From a virus (Duplodnaviria; Heunggongvirae; Uroviricota; Caudoviricetes), in IMG/VR virus record IMGVR_UViG_2537562019_000020: a DNA stretch of 6,659 bases, one strand, 5' to 3'. The first letter of the stretch is position 1, and every line of letters starts with the position of its first letter. Made by a program: the position numbers and the translations under genes. Positions 1-6,481 of the stretch are shown one piece after another. The notes beneath the pieces are model-generated. The model did no database searches and had not been told where the DNA came from. It saw only the letters and a list, made by a program, of their open reading frames with translations.

Positions 1-53
1 TGTAACTCCAAATTCTGGTCAAAAGTTGACACTCTCGCATAGCCGTATTGCAT
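1..53 (-). other. Mirror copy of invertase RBS, ATG and first 17 codons (MQYGYARVSTFDQNLELQ...), truncated by the window edge; a full or partial second invertase copy to the left cannot be distinguished
   Basis: Positions 51-53 are 'cat' (ATG on minus strand), corresponding to the invertase ATG at 3458-3460; 1-53 is the exact reverse complement of 3458-3510. Confidence 0.6.
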
Positions 54-117
54 ACTTTCTAACCTGCAATTGTTGCTGAAAGCGGGAAAAAATATCGTTC
101 AGACGACACGGAGGCAA

Positions 118-143
118 TTCTCAAAAACCTCGGTTTACAGGAA
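118..143. other. Left crossover site (gix/cix-like), TTCTCAAAAACC-TC-GGTTTACAGGAA
   Basis: 26 bp with 12-2-12 architecture: two imperfect inverted half-sites (consensus TTC..AAACC) around a central dinucleotide. The inner half-site TTCCTGTAAACC and the GA/TC core match Mu gix as I recall it. Partner site lies in inverted orientation at 3368-3393. Confidence 0.8.
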
Positions 144-167
144 ACGGTAAACAGGGCCAGGAACGCC

Positions 168-1124
168 GTGCAAAAGAATGGCGATACCTTGTCCGGTGGG
201 CTTACTTTTGAAAACGACTCTATCCTTGCCTGGATTCGAAATACTGACTGGGCGAAGATTGGATTTAAAAATGATGCTGATGGTGACACTGATTCATACA
301 TGTGGTTTGAAACAGGCGACAACGGCAATGAATATTTCAAATGGAGAAGCCGCCAGAGCACCACAACAAAAGACCTGATGAATCTTAAATGGGATGCTTT
401 GTCTGTCCTTGTTAAAGCCCTTTTCAGCAGTGAAGTAAAAATATCGACAGTCAATGCACTGAGGATATTTAATTCATCTTTTGGTGCTATTTTTCGTCGT
501 TCTGAAGAATGCCTGCATATCATCCCTACACGAGAGAATGAGGGAGAAAATGGTGATATAGGGCCACTACGCCCCTTTACGCTTAATCTTAGAACTGGTC
601 GGATAAGCATGGGGCATGGTCTTGATGTTACAGGGGATATATTTGCAAACCGTTTTGCTATTAACAGCAGTAATGGTATGTGGATTCAGATGCGCGATAA
701 CAACGCTATCTTTGGGAGAAATATAGTTAAAACTGATAGCGCCCAGGCATTGCTACGTCAGGACCATGCTGACCGCAAATTTATGATTGGTGGACTGGGG
801 AATAGGGAATTTGGCATCTACATGATTAATAACTCAAGGACAGACAATGGCACCGATGGTCAGGCGTACATGGATAATAACGGGAATTGGCTTTGCGGCT
901 CGCAAATTATTCCCGGCAATTATGGTAATTTTGACTCACGCTATGTTCGTGACGTTCGCATGGGTGCTAACCAGAGTGGGATTGTCTGGGGTGGTGATGG
1001 CGGAACGGTTCCAGCCGGATACGTTCTGACAGGTGGCAACTTTGATGATTCGAGAGAATGGCCTGTCTACGCTCCTGTTCAGAAATATATTAATGGTCAT
1101 TGGTACAATGTAGGACGTGCTTAA
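168..1124 (+). CDS. Tail-fibre variable C-terminal segment (Sv-like, receptor-binding part). Frame is open from 63 with no ATG/GTG/TTG before GTG at 168, so the true N-terminus is uncertain
   Basis: 318-aa ORF ending ...NFDSRYVRDVRMG...PVQKYINGHWYNVGRA, a C-terminal motif shared with the minus-strand fibre segment and typical of Mu S / P1 S-type fibres. Immediately followed by a chaperone gene. Possible SD AGGA at 159-162 five nt before GTG 168. Confidence 0.8.
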   Translation: MQKNGDTLSGGLTFENDSILAWIRNTDWAKIGFKNDADGDTDSYMWFETGDNGNEYFKWRSRQSTTTKDLMNLKWDALSVLVKALFSSEVKISTVNALRIFNSSFGAIFRRSEECLHIIPTRENEGENGDIGPLRPFTLNLRTGRISMGHGLDVTGDIFANRFAINSSNGMWIQMRDNNAIFGRNIVKTDSAQALLRQDHADRKFMIGGLGNREFGIYMINNSRTDNGTDGQAYMDNNGNWLCGSQIIPGNYGNFDSRYVRDVRMGANQSGIVWGGDGGTVPAGYVLTGGNFDDSREWPVYAPVQKYINGHWYNVGRA

Positions 1125-1125
1125 T

Positions 1126-1659
1126 ATGCAGCATTTAAAAAATATTAAAGCAGGAAATCCCAAAACTATCGAACAGTATCAACTTACAAAAGAATTTGAT
1201 GTTGTCTGGTTATGGTCGGAAGAAGGTAAGAACTGGTATGAGGAACAGAAAAATTTCCAGCCTGACACGTTAAAAGTGGCATATAACCAGGAGGGTGTTA
1301 TTTGCTGTATTGAGAAAGATGTATCCCTGATTAATCCAGAGGGAATGAGTGTGGTTGAGTTACCCAATATTACGGCAAACCGACGCGCTGATATTTCCGG
1401 CAACTGGATGTTCAAAGATGGCGTAGTGATAAAGCGAACTTATACCGAGGAAGAGCAGAGGCAACAAGCGGAAAATGAAAAGCAAAGCCTGCTACAGCTC
1501 GTCAGGGATAAAACACAGCTATGGGACTCACAGCTACGGCTGGGCATCATTTCCGACGAGAATAAACAAAAATTAACCGAGTGGATGCTCTATGCGCAGA
1601 AAGTCGAATCTACAGACACCTCCAGCCTGCCAGTAATATTTCCCGAACAACCTGAATGA
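1126..1659 (+). CDS. Tail-fibre assembly chaperone (Mu U / P1 U / Tfa family)
   Basis: ATG at 1126 lies 1 nt after the Sv stop (TAA 1122-1124), AGGA about 10 nt upstream. N-terminus [40 protein letters not shown] is near-identical to the N-terminus of the minus-strand paralogue at 1688-2215. The ORF track begins at GTG 1117; ATG 1126 is preferred. Confidence 0.85.
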   Translation: MQHLKNIKAGNPKTIEQYQLTKEFDVVWLWSEEGKNWYEEQKNFQPDTLKVAYNQEGVICCIEKDVSLINPEGMSVVELPNITANRRADISGNWMFKDGVVIKRTYTEEEQRQQAENEKQSLLQLVRDKTQLWDSQLRLGIISDENKQKLTEWMLYAQKVESTDTSSLPVIFPEQPE

Positions 1660-1662
1660 GAC

Positions 1663-1690
1663 AAGGCCCGATAGCGGGCCTTAATTTTTA
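1663..1690. terminator. Intrinsic terminator between the convergent chaperone genes; stronger for the plus-strand operon
   Basis: Stem 1663-1670 (aaggcccg) pairs with 1675-1682 (cgggcctt), loop atag, followed by aattttt on the plus strand. Sits between the U stop (1657-1659) and the U' stop (1688-1690). Confidence 0.55.
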
Positions 1691-2215
1691 TTCAGGCTTT
1701 TGTGGCCATTCGGGCTTTGCTGTATCCACACGGTTGACCAGAACGCTGTAGCGTTCCCATGACTCCAGTCGTGTACGCTCCTCATCCGTCGCCATATTCA
1801 GCCTGACAGCGCGTTCCAGTGGCTGAATAACGCTTTCAGCTTCAGAAAGCAACGCGGCCTTTTGTGATTCGGCCTGTTGTTGTTGCTCGTCTGCCGTATA
1901 AATCCGTTTAACCACAGCTCCGTCCCTAAACATCCACTTACCGGAATCATCAGCGCGGCGGTTGGCTGTAATATCTGGAACCTCAACGACGCTATAACCT
2001 TCAGGGTTAAGCGTGGAGGCATCTTTGGTGATGGCGACAATAATATTATTTGCATCGTAAACAATCTTTATTGTGTCTGGCTGAAAGTTTTTCACTTCCT
2101 CATACCAGTTTTTTCCGTCTTCGGACCATAACCAGATAACATCAAATTCTTTTGTAAGTTGATACTGTTCGATAGTTTTGGGATTACCTGCAGTAATATT
2201 TTTTAAATGCTGCAT
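1688..2215 (-). CDS. Tail-fibre assembly chaperone, alternative copy (U'-like)
   Basis: 175 aa. N-terminal 45 aa about 90% identical to U ([40 protein letters not shown]), C-terminal half divergent. ATG at 2215 sits 3 nt after the stop of the upstream fibre ORF. Confidence 0.85.
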   Translation of the reverse strand: MQHLKNITAGNPKTIEQYQLTKEFDVIWLWSEDGKNWYEEVKNFQPDTIKIVYDANNIIVAITKDASTLNPEGYSVVEVPDITANRRADDSGKWMFRDGAVVKRIYTADEQQQQAESQKAALLSEAESVIQPLERAVRLNMATDEERTRLESWERYSVLVNRVDTAKPEWPQKPE

Positions 2216-2218
2216 AAA

Positions 2219-3376
2219 TTATACCTGTGCGACGTTATACCATGTGCCATTGATGTATTTTTGTATTGGTCTGAATACAGCCGGATCATCGCCATCAACA
2301 GCGCCAATAATGCCAAGCCCCGTAATTGCATGACCTGATTTCTCATACATCACGCCTTTTTGCATAGTCTGAACAACACGTGTACCAAGTCGGACATCTC
2401 TCACATAACGAGAATCAAAGTTACTCCAGTTGTTGGGGTTTATCTGACCGTTAACGGAGAACAATACTGAATTATCTGTATTTCTTTGACTATAAAAATG
2501 CCAACCTGAATCATCACCAAGTTCTGCAACTACGGGGCGGGATGAATTACCCCATAAATTAAACCTTGCATTCTTTGTGGAGTTGTTGGAGCTTGATAGC
2601 GAGAGTTTTTTACCATCTCCGGCCTGAATGTTTTTTAAAGCAATAGCCACGCCATTCTGGAAACGGAATACATGCTGACTATTAGCATAAACATCAAGAA
2701 GGCCATCGCCGTTCTGTTTGAAACCAGTATCATTATCCCCCAAAACAATCGAGTTACCGCCAAGAACACTGGATGTTCCGATGCCCAGTGCACCATTCAA
2801 TTGACCGCCAGATAATGACAACGCCCCAACCTCAGCAGCAGTCGGTTTAATGTGCGAACTGTAAATTACATATACAGTTCCATCTGTCAGGCCTGTTGGT
2901 TTATTCGCTGTATAAGTTGGTGATGTATGAATCGTTACGCTGGCGTTACTGGTATAATCCCACTGAATATTAACACCTGTGGCGTAATTACCTATTTCTA
3001 CATAAATGTCATAGGTATCACCGGATGTATTCACCCATGCAAAATGAGTAAATCCAACCGAGGTCCGTCGCCATAATGCACCAGTAATACCTTTTGGATT
3101 CCCATTTCCGGCACGCAGAACCAGCTCAGAGATGCCTGCTTGATGCGAGGAGCCAACGTTATACCCTGCGCCACCAATCAGGCTTATGTAAACCACGGAA
3201 CTGGCTTGTGGCATTGTTACAGTTGCCAGTTTGAACCATCCAGCACCACCACTAAAAGACATGGTTGTTGAATTTGTTGTGCCGATATTACGCAGGAATA
3301 GTTTTTTATCGGGAATATCTGCGCCGTTCTGGTTTTTCTGTAATGCGCCAGAAGCCTTATTTACCGTTTCCTGCAA
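2219..3376 (-). CDS. Tail-fibre variable C-terminal segment, alternative copy (Sv'-like). Frame is open up to 3448; the annotated start is a TTG inside the crossover site
   Basis: 385-aa ORF, Gly/Ser/Thr/Asn-rich, ending ...NFDSRYVRDVRLG...RPIQKYINGTWYNVAQV, paralogous to the end of the plus-strand fibre segment. Arrangement Sv-U / U'-Sv' is the classic Mu G / P1 C layout. Confidence 0.8.
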   Translation of the reverse strand: MQETVNKASGALQKNQNGADIPDKKLFLRNIGTTNSTTMSFSGGAGWFKLATVTMPQASSVVYISLIGGAGYNVGSSHQAGISELVLRAGNGNPKGITGALWRRTSVGFTHFAWVNTSGDTYDIYVEIGNYATGVNIQWDYTSNASVTIHTSPTYTANKPTGLTDGTVYVIYSSHIKPTAAEVGALSLSGGQLNGALGIGTSSVLGGNSIVLGDNDTGFKQNGDGLLDVYANSQHVFRFQNGVAIALKNIQAGDGKKLSLSSSNNSTKNARFNLWGNSSRPVVAELGDDSGWHFYSQRNTDNSVLFSVNGQINPNNWSNFDSRYVRDVRLGTRVVQTMQKGVMYEKSGHAITGLGIIGAVDGDDPAVFRPIQKYINGTWYNVAQV

Positions 3377-3393
3377 ACCGAGGTTTTTGAGAA
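3368..3393. other. Right crossover site (gix/cix-like), TTCCTGCAAACC-GA-GGTTTTTGAGAA
   Basis: Inverted copy of 118-143 with one mismatch; same 12-2-12 architecture with central GA. Lies 65 bp upstream of the invertase ATG. Confidence 0.8.
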
Positions 3394-3422
3394 TTGCCTC
3401 CGTGTCGTCTGAACGATATTTT
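3394..3422 (+). promoter_or_regulatory. Candidate sigma70 promoter of the invertase gene (TTGCCT-17-TATTTT), directly abutting the right crossover site
   Basis: Hexamers read by eye, each 4/6 to consensus with 17-bp spacing, about 36 bp upstream of ATG 3458. Weak call. Because it lies in the inverted repeat, a mirror copy exists at about 89-117 reading leftwards. Confidence 0.3.
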
Positions 3423-3457
3423 TTCCCGCTTTCAGCAACAATTGCAGGTTAGAAAGT

Positions 3458-4012
3458 ATGCAATACGGCTATGCGAGAGTGTCAACTTTTGACCAGAATT
3501 TGGAGTTACAACTGGAAGCGCTCAGGAGTTCAGGATGTGACCGGATTTTTGAAGATAAAATATCTGGCGCGAAGTCAAAACGACCAGGACTGGATAAGCT
3601 GATAAAAGCGTTACGACCGGGTGATACGGTTATTGTCTGGAAGCTGGACAGAATGGGGCGTTCTCTGATTCATCTTGTTGAATTGCTTAACTATTTTTTA
3701 TCAAACAACATTGAATTTATTTCTGTTACAGAAGGAATAAAAATTAGCACATCAATTGGCCGCTTTGCCTACACAATGCTGAGTGCGGTCGCAGAGATGG
3801 AGCGGGAAAATATTATTGAAAGAACGCGTGCAGGATTAGCGGTGGCAAGGGCTAACGGTAGGATAGGGGGGCGCCGCTCAAAACTGGCACCCGAGCAATG
3901 GGAACAGGTCGGAAGGCTTATTGTGAATGGTGTTTCACGTAAACAGATAGCGATTATCTTCGATGTTGCTTTATCCACGCTTTACCGCAGGTTTCCGGCT
4001 GGGAATCATTGA
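3458..4012 (+). CDS. Serine site-specific DNA invertase (Gin/Cin/Pin/Hin, Din family)
   Basis: 184 aa. N-terminal catalytic motif YARVST.DQ with Ser9; conserved VWKLDR.GRS; GRFAY..L.AVAEMERE.IIERT; GRIGGR; C-terminal HTH ...RKQIAIIFDVALSTLYRRFP. Overall strong resemblance to Pin/Cin as recalled. Confidence 0.92.
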   Translation: MQYGYARVSTFDQNLELQLEALRSSGCDRIFEDKISGAKSKRPGLDKLIKALRPGDTVIVWKLDRMGRSLIHLVELLNYFLSNNIEFISVTEGIKISTSIGRFAYTMLSAVAEMERENIIERTRAGLAVARANGRIGGRRSKLAPEQWEQVGRLIVNGVSRKQIAIIFDVALSTLYRRFPAGNH

Positions 4013-4034
4013 CTGGAGTACAACCATAAATCAA

Positions 4035-4057
4035 TATCCCCTGCAATGCAGGGGATA
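4035..4057. terminator. Perfect palindrome TATCCCCTGCA-a-TGCAGGGGATA between convergent invertase and sopB; candidate bidirectional terminator or protein-binding site
   Basis: 10-bp stem (4035-4044 / 4048-4057) with 3-nt loop, GC-rich core; flanked by cttctt on the plus strand and a moderately U-rich tract on the minus strand. Centred in the 49-bp gap between the invertase stop (4010-4012) and the sopB stop (4062-4064). Confidence 0.4.
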
Positions 4058-4061
4058 CTTC

Positions 4062-5027
4062 TTAAGTATCAGTAGATTGTTCCTCTAGTAACAACTCAAT
4101 TCTGCTTAGTATTTCTTTAGATATTTTGCGGCTATCAATTTTTATAGTTACAAAATTACCTTTATATCTAGCAGTGATCCCTTCCCCATATTTTTTCTCG
4201 TCTTTTGTTTTTTCCTCGTCGCCAACCAGAACAGAGTCAGATAATATTTGTATAATCCGTGAAGATTCTAAATCCTCGCCGTTTTTTTTAATTGCCAGAA
4301 GATGATGAGCAGCATTGCTCATGGCAGCCATGTTTTTTTTGTAAACCTTAAACAAAGAATCTCCAGCACGAGCTGACAGTTCTCCTGGATGATTGAAGAT
4401 AGCTAATATATCTTTTGGTAGACCAGCTGTATTGATACAGCGAGTGATAATATTTCTATCTATATTTTCAGCCTCGGCTAATGCTTTAACGTTACCATCA
4501 AAGTCATTTAGCTTGCGTAAGTATCTCTTTCCTCTTTCGTATGCACTAATAGGCCTATAATCGTTACCAATTTGGGATAACCAATGCATCTGTTCATCGT
4601 CGAGATCACCAATTAAGACGCGATAGTCACATCCTGTTAATATCGCTGCTTTTCTTCTACGTGAGCCGTCAGCGACTTCAACGATTCCAGATACTTTTCT
4701 GGCGAAAGCTGGATTTTGTTGTCCAGACGTTAGAAAAGATGGGATTAAATCGGCTAGAGAGGATTCATTTAATAAATCTTGATCGCGTTCATTACCTAGC
4801 CATACCATTGTTGCCATTTCAACTTTATCTGCGGGAATTGTCTCTAACTTAAAGTTAACATTACGTCCGCATACTGGCAAAGTTATGCTGTTACCGGTTA
4901 ATGAGCTCAGTTGACGTTTTAAATCACCAACCATAGGTGATACGGGCTGATGTTCAGGGGCATGATGATTATTACTCATAATGCGATTAATATCTGGAGC
5001 ATTTTTCAGAAGAGAGCGCTGTTTCAT
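4062..5027 (-). CDS. sopB: Plasmid partition protein SopB (ParB family, type Ia centromere-binding)
   Basis: 321 aa. Motifs matching F SopB as recalled: ITLPVCGR.V.F; GNERDQ.LL; DLIPSFL.TGQQ.PAF.R.VSG; ADGSRRRKAA (ParB arginine motif); LSQ/R.GNDYRP.SAYERG; ITRCINTA.LPK; F.HPGELSAR.GD. Start ATG overlaps the sopA stop (TAATG at 5025-5029). Confidence 0.85.
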   Translation of the reverse strand: MKQRSLLKNAPDINRIMSNNHHAPEHQPVSPMVGDLKRQLSSLTGNSITLPVCGRNVNFKLETIPADKVEMATMVWLGNERDQDLLNESSLADLIPSFLTSGQQNPAFARKVSGIVEVADGSRRRKAAILTGCDYRVLIGDLDDEQMHWLSQIGNDYRPISAYERGKRYLRKLNDFDGNVKALAEAENIDRNIITRCINTAGLPKDILAIFNHPGELSARAGDSLFKVYKKNMAAMSNAAHHLLAIKKNGEDLESSRIIQILSDSVLVGDEEKTKDEKKYGEGITARYKGNFVTIKIDSRKISKEILSRIELLLEEQSTDT

Positions 5028-6193
5028 TATTCGTTCTCCCAGCGAGGTTTTATTAGATCATCAAAAATTTCTCGGCAAACAGGGTCCCATATAGAAACAG
5101 CATTTCTCCATGCATTCAATGTTGAACGTTGGTTTGCTGCTTGTTCAAATACTGTTCTCATTTTTATCTGGCCTTTACCTACTTCATCGGTAACGCGTAC
5201 AACCTGACGTAATACCATTGATCCCCATGTATTTCTTATTTGTTCTTCCATCCATCGTGATTGATTCCCTGTAGTGAGACTATATTTAGTCAGAAGTAAG
5301 CGAACGGTTGGCTCAAATCCACCTAGGTCAACGCTTTCCAATAGATCGAGAAGCATTGTGAAAAACTGCAGAACAGAAGCGTAATCAAATAATTCTGCAG
5401 GTGTAGCAACAACAATAACGTCAGCGGCACAAACAACGTTAATGGTTCCTGTACCGAGGTTCGGAGCACTATCTATAACGATAACATCGTAGTTATCCCA
5501 AACTGATTCAATAGCTGCGCGTAGCATAAGGTGTGGAGGATGAGGCAATTTACCCTGAGCATGATATTGCATGAGATCTGTTTCTATACGATGTAAAGCT
5601 AGGCAGCTAGGGATAATGTCTAGCCCAGGCCAACATGTTGGCTTTATAGCATATTCAGCGTTATCGCGTTCTCCTAAGTAAAATGGCAGTAAAGTATCCT
5701 CGGCATGGATATGTAAATCAGGAACATAACCGTGATACATAGAGGCCGTGCCTTGAGGATCGTTACCTTCAACCAAAAGAACACGATGACCTTGTAATGC
5801 TAACCATTGAGCTTGATGCACCGCAGACGATGTTTTATAAACGCCGCCTTTGTGTGACATAACGGCAAGCACAACAGGGTTTTTATCTTGTGGTCGTTGG
5901 TTTGGGTTGCCAAAAACTGCTCGCATACTGTTGATTTGATCTATGGTATAACCAGCACGACGTTCAATTCTTCCTCTCATTTCAAAGTCAGGTGCAGGTA
6001 AACGCCCGCTCTTTTCAGCATCTCTAATTGCTTGAGGAGTTACACCAATTAAATCTGCTACTTCAGTTATACCCCATCGGCGGGGGATACGCCGAGCTTC
6101 AGGACTATCATCACCGAATTGAGCGATAGCAATTGCTTTGGTCATTTCTTGACCTCTCGTAACACAATCTTGCAATAACTTTTTCAAAGACAT
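5027..6193 (-). CDS. sopA: Plasmid partition ATPase SopA (ParA family, type Ia with N-terminal regulatory extension)
   Basis: 388 aa. Deviant Walker A KGGVYKTS; long blocks near-identical to F SopA as recalled (EMTKAIAIAQF.DDSPEAR, VEGNDPQGTASMYHGYVPDLHIHAEDTLLPFYLGE, IKPTCWPGLDIIPSCLALHRIETDLM, VIVIDSAPNLG.GTINVVCAADV, WMEEQIR..WGSMVL, TDEVGKGQIKMRTVFEQA, IKPRWE). GGAG SD 7-10 nt upstream of the ATG at 6191-6193. Confidence 0.92.
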   Translation of the reverse strand: MSLKKLLQDCVTRGQEMTKAIAIAQFGDDSPEARRIPRRWGITEVADLIGVTPQAIRDAEKSGRLPAPDFEMRGRIERRAGYTIDQINSMRAVFGNPNQRPQDKNPVVLAVMSHKGGVYKTSSAVHQAQWLALQGHRVLLVEGNDPQGTASMYHGYVPDLHIHAEDTLLPFYLGERDNAEYAIKPTCWPGLDIIPSCLALHRIETDLMQYHAQGKLPHPPHLMLRAAIESVWDNYDVIVIDSAPNLGTGTINVVCAADVIVVATPAELFDYASVLQFFTMLLDLLESVDLGGFEPTVRLLLTKYSLTTGNQSRWMEEQIRNTWGSMVLRQVVRVTDEVGKGQIKMRTVFEQAANQRSTLNAWRNAVSIWDPVCREIFDDLIKPRWENE

Positions 6194-6214
6194 ACTGTCA
6201 TCTCCAGCTTGTAA

Positions 6215-6292
6215 CTTTGCTTAATAATTAAATCTTTGCTTATTTCTAGCAAATTTGCATGAAAAAGGCAAAGCAAAACGAAAAACGCAAAG
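6215..6292 (-). promoter_or_regulatory. sopAB promoter/operator: four CTTTGC hexamers in dyad arrangement around a central GCAAATTTGC palindrome
   Basis: CTTTGC at 6215-6220 and 6234-6239; GCAAAG (inverted) at 6268-6273 and 6287-6292; central palindrome at 6249-6258. Hexamer centres are symmetric at 17 and 36 bp from the dyad centre (6253/6254). Candidate minus-strand promoter TTGCTA (6252-6247) -17- AATTAT (6229-6224). The F sopAB operator is known to use four CTTTGC SopA-binding repeats. Confidence 0.6.
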
Positions 6293-6481
6293 GTGAATAT
6301 TTAAGCTAAATCATCTTTTGTTCTCCTCCCGAAATGCATGAAACGAACAACAATATAATAATAACTAATTGATATTCATCATATTTTTTGAAGAAAGGAA
6401 ATCATGTAAAACTAGGGAAACATGATAAAAATCATCAATGAGATACGTTTTCTCTATTAATTCTCCCAACCTTACCAACGC

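Larger units (their letters stand above)
1..152. repeat. Left inverted repeat (IR-L), mirror of 3359-3510; runs off the left edge of the window
   Basis: Reverse complement of 3375-3510 equals 1-136 exactly; single mismatch at 137 (a vs g); identity continues to about 152 and then decays. Full length unknown because the window starts inside it. Confidence 0.95.
3359..3510. repeat. Right inverted repeat (IR-R); contains the right crossover site, the invertase 5' region and the first 53 nt of the invertase CDS
   Basis: Exact reverse-complement match to 1-136 over 3375-3510, then near-identity to about 3359. Confidence 0.95.

Noticed and set aside
61-70. Short dyad ATTGCA-N12-TGCAAT spanning the invertase RBS/ATG (3441-3464) and its mirror on the left flank, as a possible operator
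   Set aside because: Only 6-bp arms, which arise easily by chance; no second copy elsewhere in the window apart from the inverted-repeat mirror. Too weak to call.
59-610. 183-aa minus-strand ORF
   Set aside because: Antisense to the plus-strand tail-fibre ORF; its C-terminal 32 codons are encoded by the inverted repeat and are identical to the C-terminus of the equally spurious ORF 3231-3452. No RBS and no recognisable protein features. Treated as a by-product of the open antisense frame.
631-640. CAGGGGATAT half-site resembling one arm of the 4035-4057 palindrome, inside the plus-strand fibre gene
   Set aside because: Single half-site with no dyad partner; most likely chance.
178-2131. Small ORFs embedded in or antisense to the fibre and chaperone genes (178-378 +, 847-1029 +, 936-1163 -, 1179-1415 -, 1798-2064 -, 1877-2131 +)
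   Set aside because: Each is fully overlapped by a longer ORF with clear tail-fibre or chaperone features; short, no RBS context, unremarkable composition.
3231-3452. 73-aa plus-strand ORF ending just before the invertase gene
   Set aside because: Antisense to the 5' part of the minus-strand fibre segment and shares its C-terminus with ORF 59-610 purely because of the inverted repeat. Not a gene.
3458-3700. Fis-dependent recombinational enhancer expected inside the 5' part of the invertase gene
   Set aside because: Expected from the Gin/Hin/Cin precedent, but the Fis consensus is too degenerate to place by eye; not called as a feature.
3769-5207. Small ORFs antisense to or embedded in the invertase and sopB/sopA genes (3769-3978 -, 4661-4852 +, 4950-5207 +)
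   Set aside because: Overlapped by well-supported genes on the opposite strand; no independent coding evidence.
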